A DNA stretch of 64,000 nt from Octopus sinensis (taxonomy: Eukaryota). A program made the position numbers and the translations under genes. The notes below the pieces were generated by a model that saw only the letters and a list, made by a program, of their open reading frames with translations, was not told the origin of the DNA and did not search any database. Below are positions 1 through 11,339 of this stretch, piece by piece. The DNA lies in the NCBI RefSeq assembly GCF_006345805.1, contig NC_043021.1, positions 28,024,001 to 28,088,000 on the forward strand, given 5' to 3'. Every line of letters starts with the position of its first letter. Position 1 is the stretch's first letter.

Positions 1-251
1 TGTTGTTGCTTTTGTTCTAATTTTGTTCATGTGTTTACATCCACCCATTATTATCATTACATATGCTTGTATGTATGTATAACAAAAATACTAGTAATAA
101 TAATAATAATAACAAGTAAAAAAATATTTTTAATTAAACAAAAAAAAATTATATAGTTATTTATTTCTATTTGTTTATTTATCTGTGTATTTTATTTATT
201 ATGTTTTCGGCTTTGTTTATATTGTGACTAGTTTATTGGGATCCTCTACCG

Positions 252-456
252 TCATATGTTGTGGTGTGTGCTAGTGTTCCATTCCAGATTCCTATTCAGG
301 CTAGGTTTATCTTCTATTATATGTGTAGCTTCTGTAATTTGTCTGATTGTTGCATCTGTTCTATGTGTGGACAATATTTTAATTTCTATGTTGTTGATTG
401 ATCCCCCGTGTTCCTGTTCGGCGTGTTGGTACAGAATCGACGAGCTTTTACCTTCA
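252..456 (-). pseudogene. Penelope-like element GIY-YIG endonuclease C-terminal fragment
   Basis: Minus-strand translation SSILYQHAEQEH...IKILSTHRTDATIRQITEATHIIEDKPSLNRNLEW matches the C-terminal half of PLE GIY-YIG domains (H..H, KIL, R...EA..I...P.LN...W). Confidence 0.75.
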
Positions 457-570
457 TCGATTCTGTACCAACACGCCGAACAGGAACACGGGGGATCAAT
501 CAACAACATAGAAGTTAAAATCTTGTCCACACATAGAACAGATGCAACAATCAGACAAATTACAGAAGCT
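327..570. repeat. Inverted repeat, 114-bp arms, 16-bp spacer
   Basis: 327-440 is the reverse complement of 457-570 with 2 mismatches; explains why both strands give the same peptide in the ORF track. Confidence 0.95.
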
Positions 571-1079
571 GGACTGAACCCGGAACTATGTAGCTGGTAA
601 TCAAGCTGCTTACCACAGCCACTCCTCCACATATTTATCAATAAACATAGGTATATGTGTGTATAGACATGCATATCTCTGCGTGCGTATATGTGTGTGT
701 ATAAATGATCGAAGCATTCTAATCGTCACCCATCCGATGACACACTTCCGCTATTTCATCCAGTACAACTTCGAGCAAACGTTCCCATATTTGTTTATCT
801 GCTTATCATTGTTATTGTTGTTGTTGGTTACCTTTGAACTATTGTAAAACGCATTCCAGTCAGAATCAATTTATAATTATTATAAAGAAGTCGATGAATT
901 TAACCGATAGCTTTGCATCGAAATCTCAGCTCTCAATAAATATCTTTCAAATCAACCCGCTTCTATCCAATACACAAATACGCCAAACAGAAAGAAAAAA
1001 GGCCCTGGTCGTTTTAAACTCACAAAGGCACCAGTTCTGGTAATTCCCTTTCCCTTATTCTCAAGCAATGCAGCTTAGA

Positions 1080-1320
1080 GCTAGTCCCTATCTTACCTTA
1101 TCTTCTTTTAATTGATTCAGGTTTTGGACTGCGGCCGTACCGGGTAATGTCTTAAACGGTTTTATGCGAAAATATCGACCCCAGGAATGATTCTACTGTC
1201 TAAGTCTGGTACTTATCCTATCGGTTTCTTTCGCCGAGCTTCTAATTCGCGAAAACGTAAACAAACCTCACCGGTTAGCAAGCAGTGAAGGAAGAAACAC
1301 AGACGCAACGACATACGCGT
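1080..1320 (+). mobile_element. SINE-like interspersed repeat, 3' part
   Basis: Shares ttttggactgcggcc...tcgacccagg...ctaagtctggtacttat with the minus-strand copy near 60600-60850; boundaries approximate. Confidence 0.5.
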
Positions 1321-1337
1321 ACACACACACACACACA

Positions 1338-1371
<34 letters not shown>

Positions 1372-2954
1372 TATATATATATACATGATGGACTTCCACA
1401 CAATTTCCGTTAACTGAAGTTATTGGTCAACCCGGGGATACAGAGGAGGAGACGAGGTTAAAACTTAGGTACATAAGTTATTTTGGATTAAACATAACTA
1501 ATCCGGTAATCTTTTGATACCAAATCGTATCTGCAGAAGGCCTGAAATTTCAGGGGCCAGGTTTAGTAGTTACATTGATTCCAGTACGGACCCGATTTTG
1601 CCTGCTCGCCACCTTTCGACAATGATATAAATAAGCAACTTTATCAATTCCTATAATTCAATACAATACCTTTCTTACTGCATATTATTTAATTTCTTTC
1701 TGAATAAAGATTTTGAAATCGGTAGTGAATTGTTTTTCGGAATAAGTGATTTTGCTATCAATATTATTAAGACACGATGTTTTTGATAGTTTACGATAAA
1801 TCTTTTGGGTCTGAATGGATCAGCAAATGTTTGATATAACCAGGGCATCCGTCAACAACACGGATGATTGTGAATTGATACGGTTGTACATCGCGAACGT
1901 CTTTTAGAAGCGCTTCTTTTGTGCAGGATTTGGTATTTACCGTGATTAAAGTGTTTTGTGAAGTATGAATTTATACTATTAGGAAGGAAATTCTTAACAT
2001 ATTCAAATACTTATATTTATATATAATATCAGACACGAATATAAATATCGTTTATTACTAGATATAACTCTAGATTTAGATACTGATAAGTACAGCCTCT
2101 ACAGTGAACGTATAAAAAATTGCATTAAATTAATATGAATTGAAAACTACTGATAATCTAGAGAGACTTAGTTAATAACATTCATAAGCTCATATCTACT
2201 CTATTCTTCAGCGGAGAATCCTTTAAACTTGTTGCTTAATACTACAATTATCCTTTAAACGAATAAACTTTAAAGATACACAATAAATTAACTTTAAAGA
2301 TACACACAATAGCACTGAAATATATGCGGTAATCTTTCAAACAGTGTAAATGATATATCCAATTTTCTGTAGATTTCTGTAAACATTTTAAATGAATATT
2401 ACCTTATGTCAATATATATATCTAAAGTGGTGAGCTGGAAGAATCGTAACTTAACTGCATTCTTCGGACTTTACATTCTGAGTTCAAATGGTGTCGGGGT
2501 CAATAAAATAAAATGCTGTCGGGGTCTCTCAAAATTGCTGGAATTGTGCCCAGCTTTGAAATCAGTATATATAAGATCTCTAATAAAAATGGCCCCTGTA
2601 TAAAGTGTAAAAAGTAGTTCAGTAATTTAAGCTATGATATTGTAACAAACCAAAAACATGCGCTCTCCGATCTGTAAAATAATGCTTTAGCATTATCTTA
2701 TAGATCGAGGATTCTTCTTGTAAAGAAAAATGAAATGCAATTATGTGGGGCATATCTTTTATCTTTTACTTGTTTCACTCATGCTGGTGCACCGCCTTCA
2801 AGAATCAACCCCAGGACTTATTTTTTAAAGCTTGGTTTATATTCTATCGATTAATTTTGACGAATAACCAGATTCCAGGGACAAAAACACACCGACACCG
2901 GTTGTCAAGCCGTGCAGGGAATATACACAGATACACACACACACACACACACAC

Positions 2955-3120
2955 AGAGGTATAAATACGACAAGCATCTTTCAGTGTCCGTCTATCAGGT
3001 CCACTCTCCAGGCCTTGGTCGCAATAGAAGACACTTGCTTAAATTGCCACACAGTGTGACTGAACCCGGAAACACGTGGTTGCGAAGGAAAATTCTTACC
3101 ACATAGCAACGCCTGCGCTT
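2955..3120 (-). mobile_element. tRNA-derived SINE, partial
   Basis: Reverse complement gives ggcgttgctatgtggtaagaa...gggttcagtcacactgtgtggcaatttaagcaagtgtcttctattgc, same family as 59475-59630; boundaries approximate. Confidence 0.65.
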
Positions 3121-3156
3121 AGAGAAAATCACGATAAAAAAAATGTTTTTCGCAGC

Positions 3157-3157
3157 T

Positions 3158-3201
<44 letters not shown>

Positions 3202-3202
3202 A

Positions 3203-3233
<31 letters not shown>

Positions 3234-3728
3234 AAACTGTAGTTGTGTGAGTGTCTGTCCCCTTCGATTTAGATTCCTAACTACTCCCACATTTTGTGGT
3301 GCAGTTTAACCAAATTCGGGTATCTTATAGTCGTGATTCATATCGAGCCCGTCCCGGTATTAGCGCGCGTCTACGATGAGTCTACGATTTAAAAAATAAT
3401 TTACCATAATTTTTTATTCCATTTTAATGCATATTTTTTCGTGTGTCGATGGCGGCGGAGTTGACGTCCACGCTCACACCTGTGTTGCTTCTCCCCTTCT
3501 TCCCTCCCTCGTGAAGCTGTGGGGGAAGGGAGTGTAAGGAAATCAACGTCGTAATGCGTTGTCAAGGAGACCAGCGTTCTTTTAGAACGACTTCATGGCT
3601 TGAAGTCGCCAAAACAGAAATCGCTAAAAAAGCTGAAACAGATCCACAAAAACGGCAATTACCGCCACACAGGGCAGGTTTCCTGTGCCAACAATTTGCA
3701 CAACCGAATGTTTTAGTTGTTGCACAAA
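3157..3728 (+). mobile_element. Helitron-like element, 5' part with expanded (TA)n, interrupted by a second copy
   Basis: TCTT(TA)n-aaaactgtagttgtgtg...gatttagattcctaactactcccacatttt start is homologous to the copies at 3729 and 54631. Confidence 0.6.
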
Positions 3729-4124
3729 TCTTTATATATAAAAGTAAGGTTGTGTGTCTGTCTCCTACGATTTAGATTCCTAACTACTCCCACATTTTGC
3801 GGTGCAGTGTAACCAAAACCGGGTATCTTATAGTCGTGATTCATATCGAGCCCTTCTGGGTACTAGCGCGCGTCTACGATGAGTCTACGATTTAAAAAAA
3901 AAATTACCATCATTTTTTATTCCATTTTAATGCATTTTTTGCTATTATATAAGGGAAGTAACTCTCTAAAAATGTCTACGATGAGTCAACGATTTAAAAA
4001 AAAATACCATCATTTTTTATTCCATTTTTAATGCATTTTTTGCTATTTTTTGCTATAACTCACTAAAAATGCTTATATAGTTATTTCCCTTACAAACCCG
4101 AGCAACGCCGGGCGATACTGCTAG
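3729..4124 (+). mobile_element. Non-autonomous Helitron
   Basis: 5' TC preceded by A; 3' hairpin cccg-agcaacgc-cggg then CTAG followed by T (A|T target); internal duplication of gtctacgatgagtc...ccattttaatgcat. Confidence 0.85.
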
Positions 4125-4189
4125 TATATATATATATATATATATATGAATAAAAAATGGAGTTAACGCAGGTATAAACAAGTATTTTT

Positions 4190-4275
4190 ACTTTCGACAC
4201 ATGTTTCGAAAATTCCACTGATACTATTCAAAATAATAAATGGTATAAACAATGCAATCTTCTCTTCGGGAAAGT
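4190..4275 (-). ncRNA. Type I hammerhead ribozyme motif with U4C core change
   Basis: Minus strand: actttc CCGAAGA gaaga...ttttc GAAAC atgt GTC gaaagt; stem I 6 bp, stem II 5 bp, 2-bp stem III with 4-nt loop, GUC cleavage triplet. Confidence 0.7.
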
Positions 4276-4499
4276 GAAAAAAACGAAACTCGTCAATAAG
4301 ACATTTTAGCAAAAAATGATGGATTTGTATAGCGATAGACAGAACGCTATTAATATTGTTTAAAAAAACGTTATATGATATAACGTCATAAGTAGCTAAC
4401 AGAAAGAGTAGGGATATTAATAGTGAATGTTAAATATAAAGGAAATTAAAGTTTAAATTATATATAATGATAGAGACTACTTATATGTACTAAATGTAT

Positions 4500-4840
4500 G
4501 TTTCTGCCAATGCTTACATCTGTATGCTCGTTCTATAACCGTGTTTACTAGAGTATTTTTAGAAAAAATAATGAAAAATAGCTCAGAATTGCAGAGAAGA
4601 CAGAATTTCTTGCCTTTGTCATATGGTATCGAAATTGAGAGGATCAAACATTCTAAATGAAATTGTTCATTGTTGTCTTTTAAATCCCAAATCAGTTTGC
4701 TGAGACCGGTACTATTCCGTTTATTTCTATCCCTAAATGTTGAGTAATGGATAGAAATTCTTTTAGATAACTCTAACGATGTGCTTCCAATGTAAAATCA
4801 TACTTTATTACGAGTACTGATTATACACTGGTATATAGAA
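4500..4840 (-). pseudogene. PLE GIY-YIG endonuclease domain
   Basis: Manual translation SIYQCIISTRNKV*FYIGSTS...RISIHYSTF...GLSKLIWDLKD...KFCLLCNSE...RCKH; in-frame TGA at 4798-4800. Confidence 0.85.
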
Positions 4841-5050
4841 TTTTTAATCTTAGAGTTACTAGACATAAATTTAATTCTATTGGAATTGACTTCAGATACA
4901 ATATTAATATTTCTAGAGGGTTGGATGGTATTAGCTAAATTAATGTTAGTATTAGTAAATGTATTAATATTTATCAGTTTGTTATTATGAGAAGATATAA
5001 TTTGCAAGAGATTTTTTGTGTTTGAAAAACCTATCCTAACCTTATGTGAA

Positions 5051-6708
5051 TTAACCGTAAGGAATTATTAACCAAATATTTTTACTAGTATTCATAGCGT
5101 AATTACTTTTGAAGGTGTTATATTTACTTTTAGATCGGTAATAAGGGAATAAATAAGGGTTATCTGCCTTCATTCGCTTTGTGTCGGTGCGTAAGTTATG
5201 TTTGTTATCAATAATTCTTTTACGACTAGAAATCTTATCTACATTATTGAATTTACAATTAGACTGAGTAGAATCAATGTAGAAAATTTGTTCTGTATAA
5301 CCTGCTTTGATTAAGGCAGAGTTATAGAATTCAGCGTTATTATTGAAAATATCAACATTAGCAGATAATTTAGATAATCTAAATGAAATATTCTTAACTA
5401 AATTCTTAGTAATTGCTCCAGGATGATTACTAAATTTGCTAATGTACTTAAGATTGGTCAACGGTTTATGATATGGGAAGTAAGAGTCACTGTGTAAATT
5501 AAGCATAATATCTAAAAAGTTGGCCTTCGTCAGATCGTCTTCAAAAACGATTTTTAAGCCCATTCTACTAAAAAATTAACTAAACTATTCTTAACTTTTT
5601 GTACCTTTTGGTTGGAAACATTTTGGAGGTAAAGTAAACAATCATCACGATATAGACCTCCATAAATGTTAGGGAACTCTTCAGCCATTTCAAAAAGAAT
5701 ATATATACAGACCAAATCAGCTATCTGTGCTGAATCAGAACTTCTCATTGGTATATCGAAACTATCTGGTGTGTCTTTACGGACCCACAACTTATCATCA
5801 AATTTAATAATAGATCTTCTGGCTGCCAACACAACATTAATTTCTTCTCGGGTGAGACCAGCTTTGTTATGAGCAAGCCAAAGTGCCTTATTAAGTACTA
5901 TTGGATTAATAGACGAATAAAAATTGGAAATATCAAACTGGATAAACTTAGTACTCACCTTACTGTTAATAGACCTAAACCAGTCAACTACTTCAAATGA
6001 ATTAGTCCATAAACTAAGTTTTAATGTTTTGATTAAATTAGGAATATATTTATATAGTATATTTTTACTAAGGATACCGATGTCAGAGCTAGAAGGGCAG
6101 ATAAGCCTTAATGATGGGTTAGTAAAAAAATTTGGTTTGTGATCCTTCAAAATGAACCGAGGTTGCTTAGGAACAAGTGGTTCTGTCTTCATTTGTAGGT
6201 TATATTTCTCCATGACTTTCATAGCCTCAATGTTGGCTTTCTTAAGTATTCTTTTATCAGCAATTTTATACTTTTTCTGAATTTCTTTTTTAAGTAATTC
6301 CAAATAATAGTCTTTATAAAGTTTGTACAGATTTCCAGTCTTATCAGATTGAACCAACATAGTATCCATAGAATTGATTTCTTTGGTGATGTTGCGAAGA
6401 TACCTCAGATGTTTATTTCTTAGTGGTAATCGTTGAAATTTTACATTTCTCACAATGGACCAGAGATCATCTTCAAATTGCTTCAACCTTGGGTTAGGCG
6501 GCGGACTATTTTTAGATTTAAATAACTTGTTGAACTCAGATGTTTTATCATTAGTGTGTTGTTGAGTGTCATTTTTGTCAAAGATAAAGGTAAGCCATCT
6601 TATTCGGTTGATGAATGAATTAATCTTATTGACGAGTTCTTTAAGGAAAACATTCTTAGGTGGAATAGGAATGACCTTAAGAGATGCGTTAATATTCAAT
6701 AACTCCAT
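5051..6708 (-). pseudogene. PLE reverse transcriptase (palm + thumb), frameshifted near 5560
   Basis: ORFs 5554-6708 (QFDISNFYSSI, GLYRDDCL) and 5051-5563 (NFLDIMLNL, PYHKP...YISKFSNHP). Confidence 0.9.
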
Positions 6709-6813
6709 ATGCTGTAACTATTCAGTTAGCAGGTTATTAATAAACCTGATTAAAGTATTATAAATAGATGAGTGTATTTTTACCTTGTTAACAATTAACA
6801 CGGAAAAATAAAT

Positions 6814-6837
6814 TTATATTTCACCCTATATCTGTAA

Positions 6838-6905
<68 letters not shown>

Positions 6906-6929
6906 TTACAGATATAGGGTGAAATATAA
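6814..6929. repeat. Perfect 116-bp palindrome centred on a (TA)31 tract
   Basis: ttatatttcaccctatatctgtaatga-(TA)n-tcattacagatatagggtgaaatataa; 27-bp unique arms around a self-complementary TA run. Confidence 0.95.
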
Positions 6930-7180
6930 TTAATTTAATAAAATCTAAAGGAAATGAGTCTTATGATTCTAATCCAGAAACGTACATCCATAATTAACCG
7001 AAGACTGATTTCATTATTTTTCTTCTTTTTTTGCCATATTTGAGTTACAAATATTGTTGTCTGTGGAGACATATTTTTGTAGTAATAGGAAATAGTAGTC
7101 CTTTGGCTGCTATTTCTAAAATTTTCGGTATGTGGTCAAATCACTTGTTGCAAAAAACCTTATTGTATAATTATATTTAT

Positions 7181-7343
7181 ATATACGAAATTAATTTGTG
7201 TAAAAATCAATAAGAAGAGTATGTGTATAAAACTATTAGCAGTGCATCTAATTCATGTTGTATGAAGCATTTATAGTAATATTAGATTCTCTTTAGATAG
7301 AGTACTCTTTTTATTGATTTTTACACAAATTAATTTCGCATAT
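7181..7343. repeat. Inverted repeat, 41-bp arms
   Basis: 7181-7221 versus 7303-7343, 2 mismatches. Confidence 0.85.
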
Positions 7344-7452
7344 TTACCCCCTTACATCGGTTGTCAATTGCATATTTATTAGTAACATGATTGGTACTAT
7401 TTGCAGTTTAAGGAATTCACGCTGAAAAAATCCAATTAGGCTTCGCACGAGC

Positions 7453-7690
7453 ATGGATTTATACCAAATTGGTTATTCAACCAAGAATATACCGATTCCA
7501 CCAAAACATCTCTATCTTTGAATGCTGCAAGAGAAATTTGAGGACCTTGTTTGCTTTCGTATCACTTCACATCTGTCCTCTAAACGTGAAACCCCTTGGT
7601 TGCGTAGCTCAATTAGCGCCTGATGAATGTACTTATGTATGTGAAACTGTTAGTAGCCCATATAATGCATGTAATGTGATGCATTAATAG
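7453..7690 (+). mobile_element. Internally deleted mini-PLE (ORF N-terminus joined to an HHR-bearing tail)
   Basis: MDLYQIGYSTKNIPIPPKHLYL*MLQEKF resembles the PLE N-terminus at 6708 (SLKVIPIPPKNVFL); HHR core at 7620-7655; ends at (TA)n. Confidence 0.6.
7613..7660 (+). ncRNA. Hammerhead ribozyme motif, stem I degenerate
   Basis: CTGATGA atgtac-ttat-gtatgt GAAAC t-gtt-a GTA; stems II and III pair, stem I has only about 2 bp. Confidence 0.55.
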
Positions 7691-7942
7691 TAATATATAT
7701 ATATATATATATATAATTAATCAATATAGGGTGGCAAGGAAAATTTTGTAGAATTTTATTGCCACCAGCGGCCCAGCGGGAAAAAAATTAAATAGTCATA
7801 GACCATTTTTAAGTTCAACATTAACAATTAAGGAACGGCCATAATAGGCCATTCACCCACTAGAAATAACAGCCAAAGCTTCTACCGCAAATAAAGATTA
7901 ATTCCGTAAACAGGAGAAAATTAAAAAAACATTTACCCTGTA

Positions 7943-8049
7943 ATTTCTTGTACGGTATACCGTTTCATCCGCTGTTTAATGGTAAACTAACCTGATTAAA
8001 TTAAATCAAGCCAATCTTCCATAATCCCTCGGATTCTTCAGCAAGAAAT
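7943..8049 (-). ncRNA. Type I hammerhead ribozyme (mirror copy)
   Basis: Exact reverse complement of 8316-8422. Confidence 0.85.
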
Positions 8050-8315
8050 AGCTCAGGTCGGAACAGATATATACACGAGGCATACCCAATCTTGCCAAGT
8101 CAATATCTGACCTAAAATTTTCAAATCGTCGCACTCGCGCCAAATTTATCGGCAGCAAATAAATATTAGCCGTCGATTCCATTACGGAATTAACCAAAAT
8201 ATTTATTTGCTGCCGATAAATTTGGCGCGAGTGCGACGATTTGAAAATTTTAGGTCAGATATTGACTTGGCAAGATTGGGTATGCCTCGTGTATATATCT
8301 GTTCCGACCTGAGCT

Positions 8316-8422
8316 ATTTCTTGCTGAAGAATCCGAGGGATTATGGAAGATTGGCTTGATTTAATTTAATCAGGTTAGTTTACCATTAAACAGCGGATGA
8401 AACGGTATACCGTACAAGAAAT
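8316..8422 (+). ncRNA. Type I hammerhead ribozyme
   Basis: atttcttg CTGAAGA atccg...cggat GAAAC ggtatacc GTA caagaaat: 8-bp stem I, 5-bp stem II with long loop, palindromic stem III ACGGTATACCGT, GUA cleavage after 8414. Confidence 0.85.
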
Positions 8423-8589
8423 TACAGGGTAAATGTTTTTTTAATTTTCTCCTGTTTACGGAATTAATCTTTATTTGCGGTAGAAGCTTTGGCTGTTATT
8501 TCTAGTGGGTGAATGGCCTATTATGGCCGTTCCTTAATTGTTAATATATATATATATATATATATTGATATATTGATATATACTGATAT

Positions 8590-10237
8590 TGACGTTAGAG
8601 AAGCGAACGAAGTTGACTCTCAACATAAAATCTCGGACATAACCTTCACTGCCACTAACATCATAGCAGCAATAAATTAGGTCAAATACTACTCTACTGT
8701 AGGCCCTGATAGATTCCCCGCTAGTCTCCTGAAGGAATGTAGACACCAACTTGCAGTCCCTCTGACCAACCTCTGGAGAAATTCGTTAGATGCAGGTTAT
8801 ATACCGAAACAGTTCCTATCCCAGTCAGTCATCCCGGTTTTCAAACAGGGAAACAGATCCCTCGCAGTCAACTATCGCCCAATCTCACTCACCTCCCACA
8901 TTATCAAAGTGTTTGAAAGAGTGTTAAGATCAAGGATAGCTGATTTCCTGGAGACCTAGAAACTCCTAACTGCAAATCAGCATGGCTTTCGCTGTTGCAG
9001 GGACTGTCTAACACAGCTCTTACACCACATTGAAGATCAAAATTGTCAAATGTTGGAATCCGTGGAAAAGTTCTACACTAGATCAAGTATTTCCTGGAGA
9101 ATAGAACACAACATGTTGTAGTTGATGGAGTCCACTCAAGCCCAGCAAAAGTCACCAGCGGTGTCCCCCAGGGGACTGTCTTGGGTCCGGTACTCTTCAT
9201 AATCTACATAAACGACCTTTCCAGTGTCGTACATTACTGCAAAGTGAAAATATTTGCTGATGACACCAAGCTCCAGCAAATCGTCAATGAAGAAGCAGAC
9301 CGAACTCAACTCCAGTCTGATCTATATGCTGTGATTCAATGGGCAGACAGAAACAAAATGCAACTGAACGAGGGAAAATTTGAGCTGATGCATTTTGGAA
9401 GAAATTCCTCACTAAAACAGCCATACTCTCTTCCTTCAGGGGAACCGCTCACAGCCTCTAACAACATCAGAGACTTAGGTGTAATTGTTGATGACGATCT
9501 CAGTTGGAGTGCACACATCAACAAGAAGGTCGATATAGCTCGTAGGATGAGTTCCTGGATCTTAAGAACTTTCCGGTCCATAGAACAAGGTGTCATCATA
9601 CCACTCTTCTCCTCCTTTGTACGGCCACACCTCGAATACTGCTGCCCACTGTGGTCTCTCCATACAAGACAAAACATCTCGAGGATTGAATCACCCCAGA
9701 GAGCACTCACTAAACGAATTGAAGGCATGGCTGCTCTCGATTATTGGGATCGCCTTAAAGCCTTGAAACTCTACTCTCTCCAGCGTCGCCGTGAGCGGTA
9801 CATCATTTGTACAATGTGGAGAATATACCGCCAACTTTGCCCAAACGACCTGAACATAAGCTTCAAGGTTCATCCAAGACTGGGACCACGGACCATACGT
9901 CCCCTGCCCAATTCAAGATCACAGCATACATATACACTACAACATAATTTCTTTTCCTCAACAGGCCCTGCCCTATTTAACATTGTCCCGAAAGAGATCA
10001 CAGAGGAACAGGATCCCAACAACTTTAAACGGAGTCTGGATAGATTCCTTCAAAGAATACCAGATAAGCCACCCATAATTGGATACAACTCACCCAACAA
10101 AAACTCACTACTTGAATGGACCATAAGCAAAACTTGACTTAAACAGGATTCAAATAATCCTATCAGGTGGTGCTATTAAGTTAGACATGGCCTGGACCAA
10201 TCATTGGTCGAAACACATCTAAGTTTATCTAAGTTTA
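8590..10237 (+). mobile_element. 5'-truncated CR1-clade LINE, RT remnant
   Basis: GPDRFP...NYRPISLTSHIIKVFERV...QHGFR upstream; SGVPQGTVLGPVLFIIYINDL, FADDTKL, RDLGV, RPHLEYC in ORF 9181-10137; (ctaagtttat)2 3' tail. Confidence 0.9.
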
Positions 10238-11339
10238 TATATACACACACACGGAAATAAAATACAAATCAGTTTAGCACTCCATTCTCCAAATCTTCCT
10301 GGAGTTTAGATGACTGGCAGTATATTAGCAATTTTGAAACGATTGGTTTATTATAGAATATCTGTCTGTCTACGTTAATGGATCTAAAATGTAGCTATTT
10401 TTTTTCGGAAAAGTACAAAATCCTACTACAAATTTTTGAAATTTATAACAATAAAAAAAAAGAAAATATCAGAAACATAATCAGAGGTTATAAATTCTTG
10501 AAGTAACCTCCATCAGTAGTTTTTGTAGAATTTGCATGTACCAACTCTCAAAAGTAGTTCATTAGCAACATAACGGAATAAGCTTAACAGATTTACCTTT
10601 AAATAACCAAAATGGTTATCTAAAAATAAACGATTATATTTTTCGCCGAAATTATATAGCAAAACTTTTATAGCATAAACCACAATTCTTCTTCGTGTTT
10701 TACAATCACATCAGTGAAGACAGGAATGCAATACGTGTTTTGCATGTGAAACATAAATATGTCAGATGTTTTGCGCCTATCAAAGGAATGGCTTCATTTA
10801 TGCTTCAAATTCTTATTATAACTTTTTTAGGTGGGTGGGGTTCAGCTAATTAATACTCGATGATTAATCATTATTCAATATGGTTACAAACGTCTTCTTT
10901 TACGTATTGTTACACTACATCTCTTCATCAATCGTTTGAATAATAAATCCTATGAAACTCGGTGTAATCATTGAACAAACTTCAGCTTTTAATAGTGTGT
11001 TTTGTATGTATGTCTGGACATGTGTATGAGTGTATATGTGTTTGTGTGTACCGGGATGTTTATGTGTGAATGTAGCAGATTAGTCAAAGGAGAATTTTAT
11101 TTAAATTTGATGAGATTTTAATTGGTTAGATGATTCTTTTATTTATTTTATTTTTTTGTTAAATTCCGGAAATGCTTGTTAGATTGTGTGGATTTCCGCG
11201 GTGAAAAACCTTCTCGTATTACGGAACGAAGATTATTCGGTGGACAACTCTACTACAGTTTGAACTGTTATCCAGTTTCGGTTATTCCTAATCACCTGCG
11301 GCGAAGGTGATCAGGAATAAAGAGTTTCAAAGTTTGTGG

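Larger units (their letters stand above)
4147..6813 (-). mobile_element. Near-full-length Penelope-like retroelement (degenerate)
   Basis: Collinear N-terminus (SLKVIPIPPK), RT, thumb, GIY-YIG and an HHR-bearing 3' pLTR region; abuts (TA)n on the left and a (TA)n-centred palindrome on the right. Confidence 0.9.
7820..8545. repeat. 726-bp inverted repeat: identical 348-bp arms, 30-bp spacer (inverted PLE pLTR pair)
   Basis: 7820-8167 is the exact reverse complement of 8198-8545 (checked line by line); (TA)n at 7692-7716 and from 8545. Confidence 0.97.

Noticed and set aside
4798-5007. 69-aa ORF as a standalone gene
   Set aside because: It is the PLE linker plus the start of GIY-YIG, ending at a premature TGA.
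9336-9728. 130-aa minus-strand ORF
   Set aside because: Antisense shadow of the CR1 RT ORF.
10175-10225. HHR-like look of the CR1 3' UTR (cctg gacca-atcat-tggtc gaaac)
   Set aside because: No CUGANGA core and no stem I; more simply a LINE 3' stem-loop.
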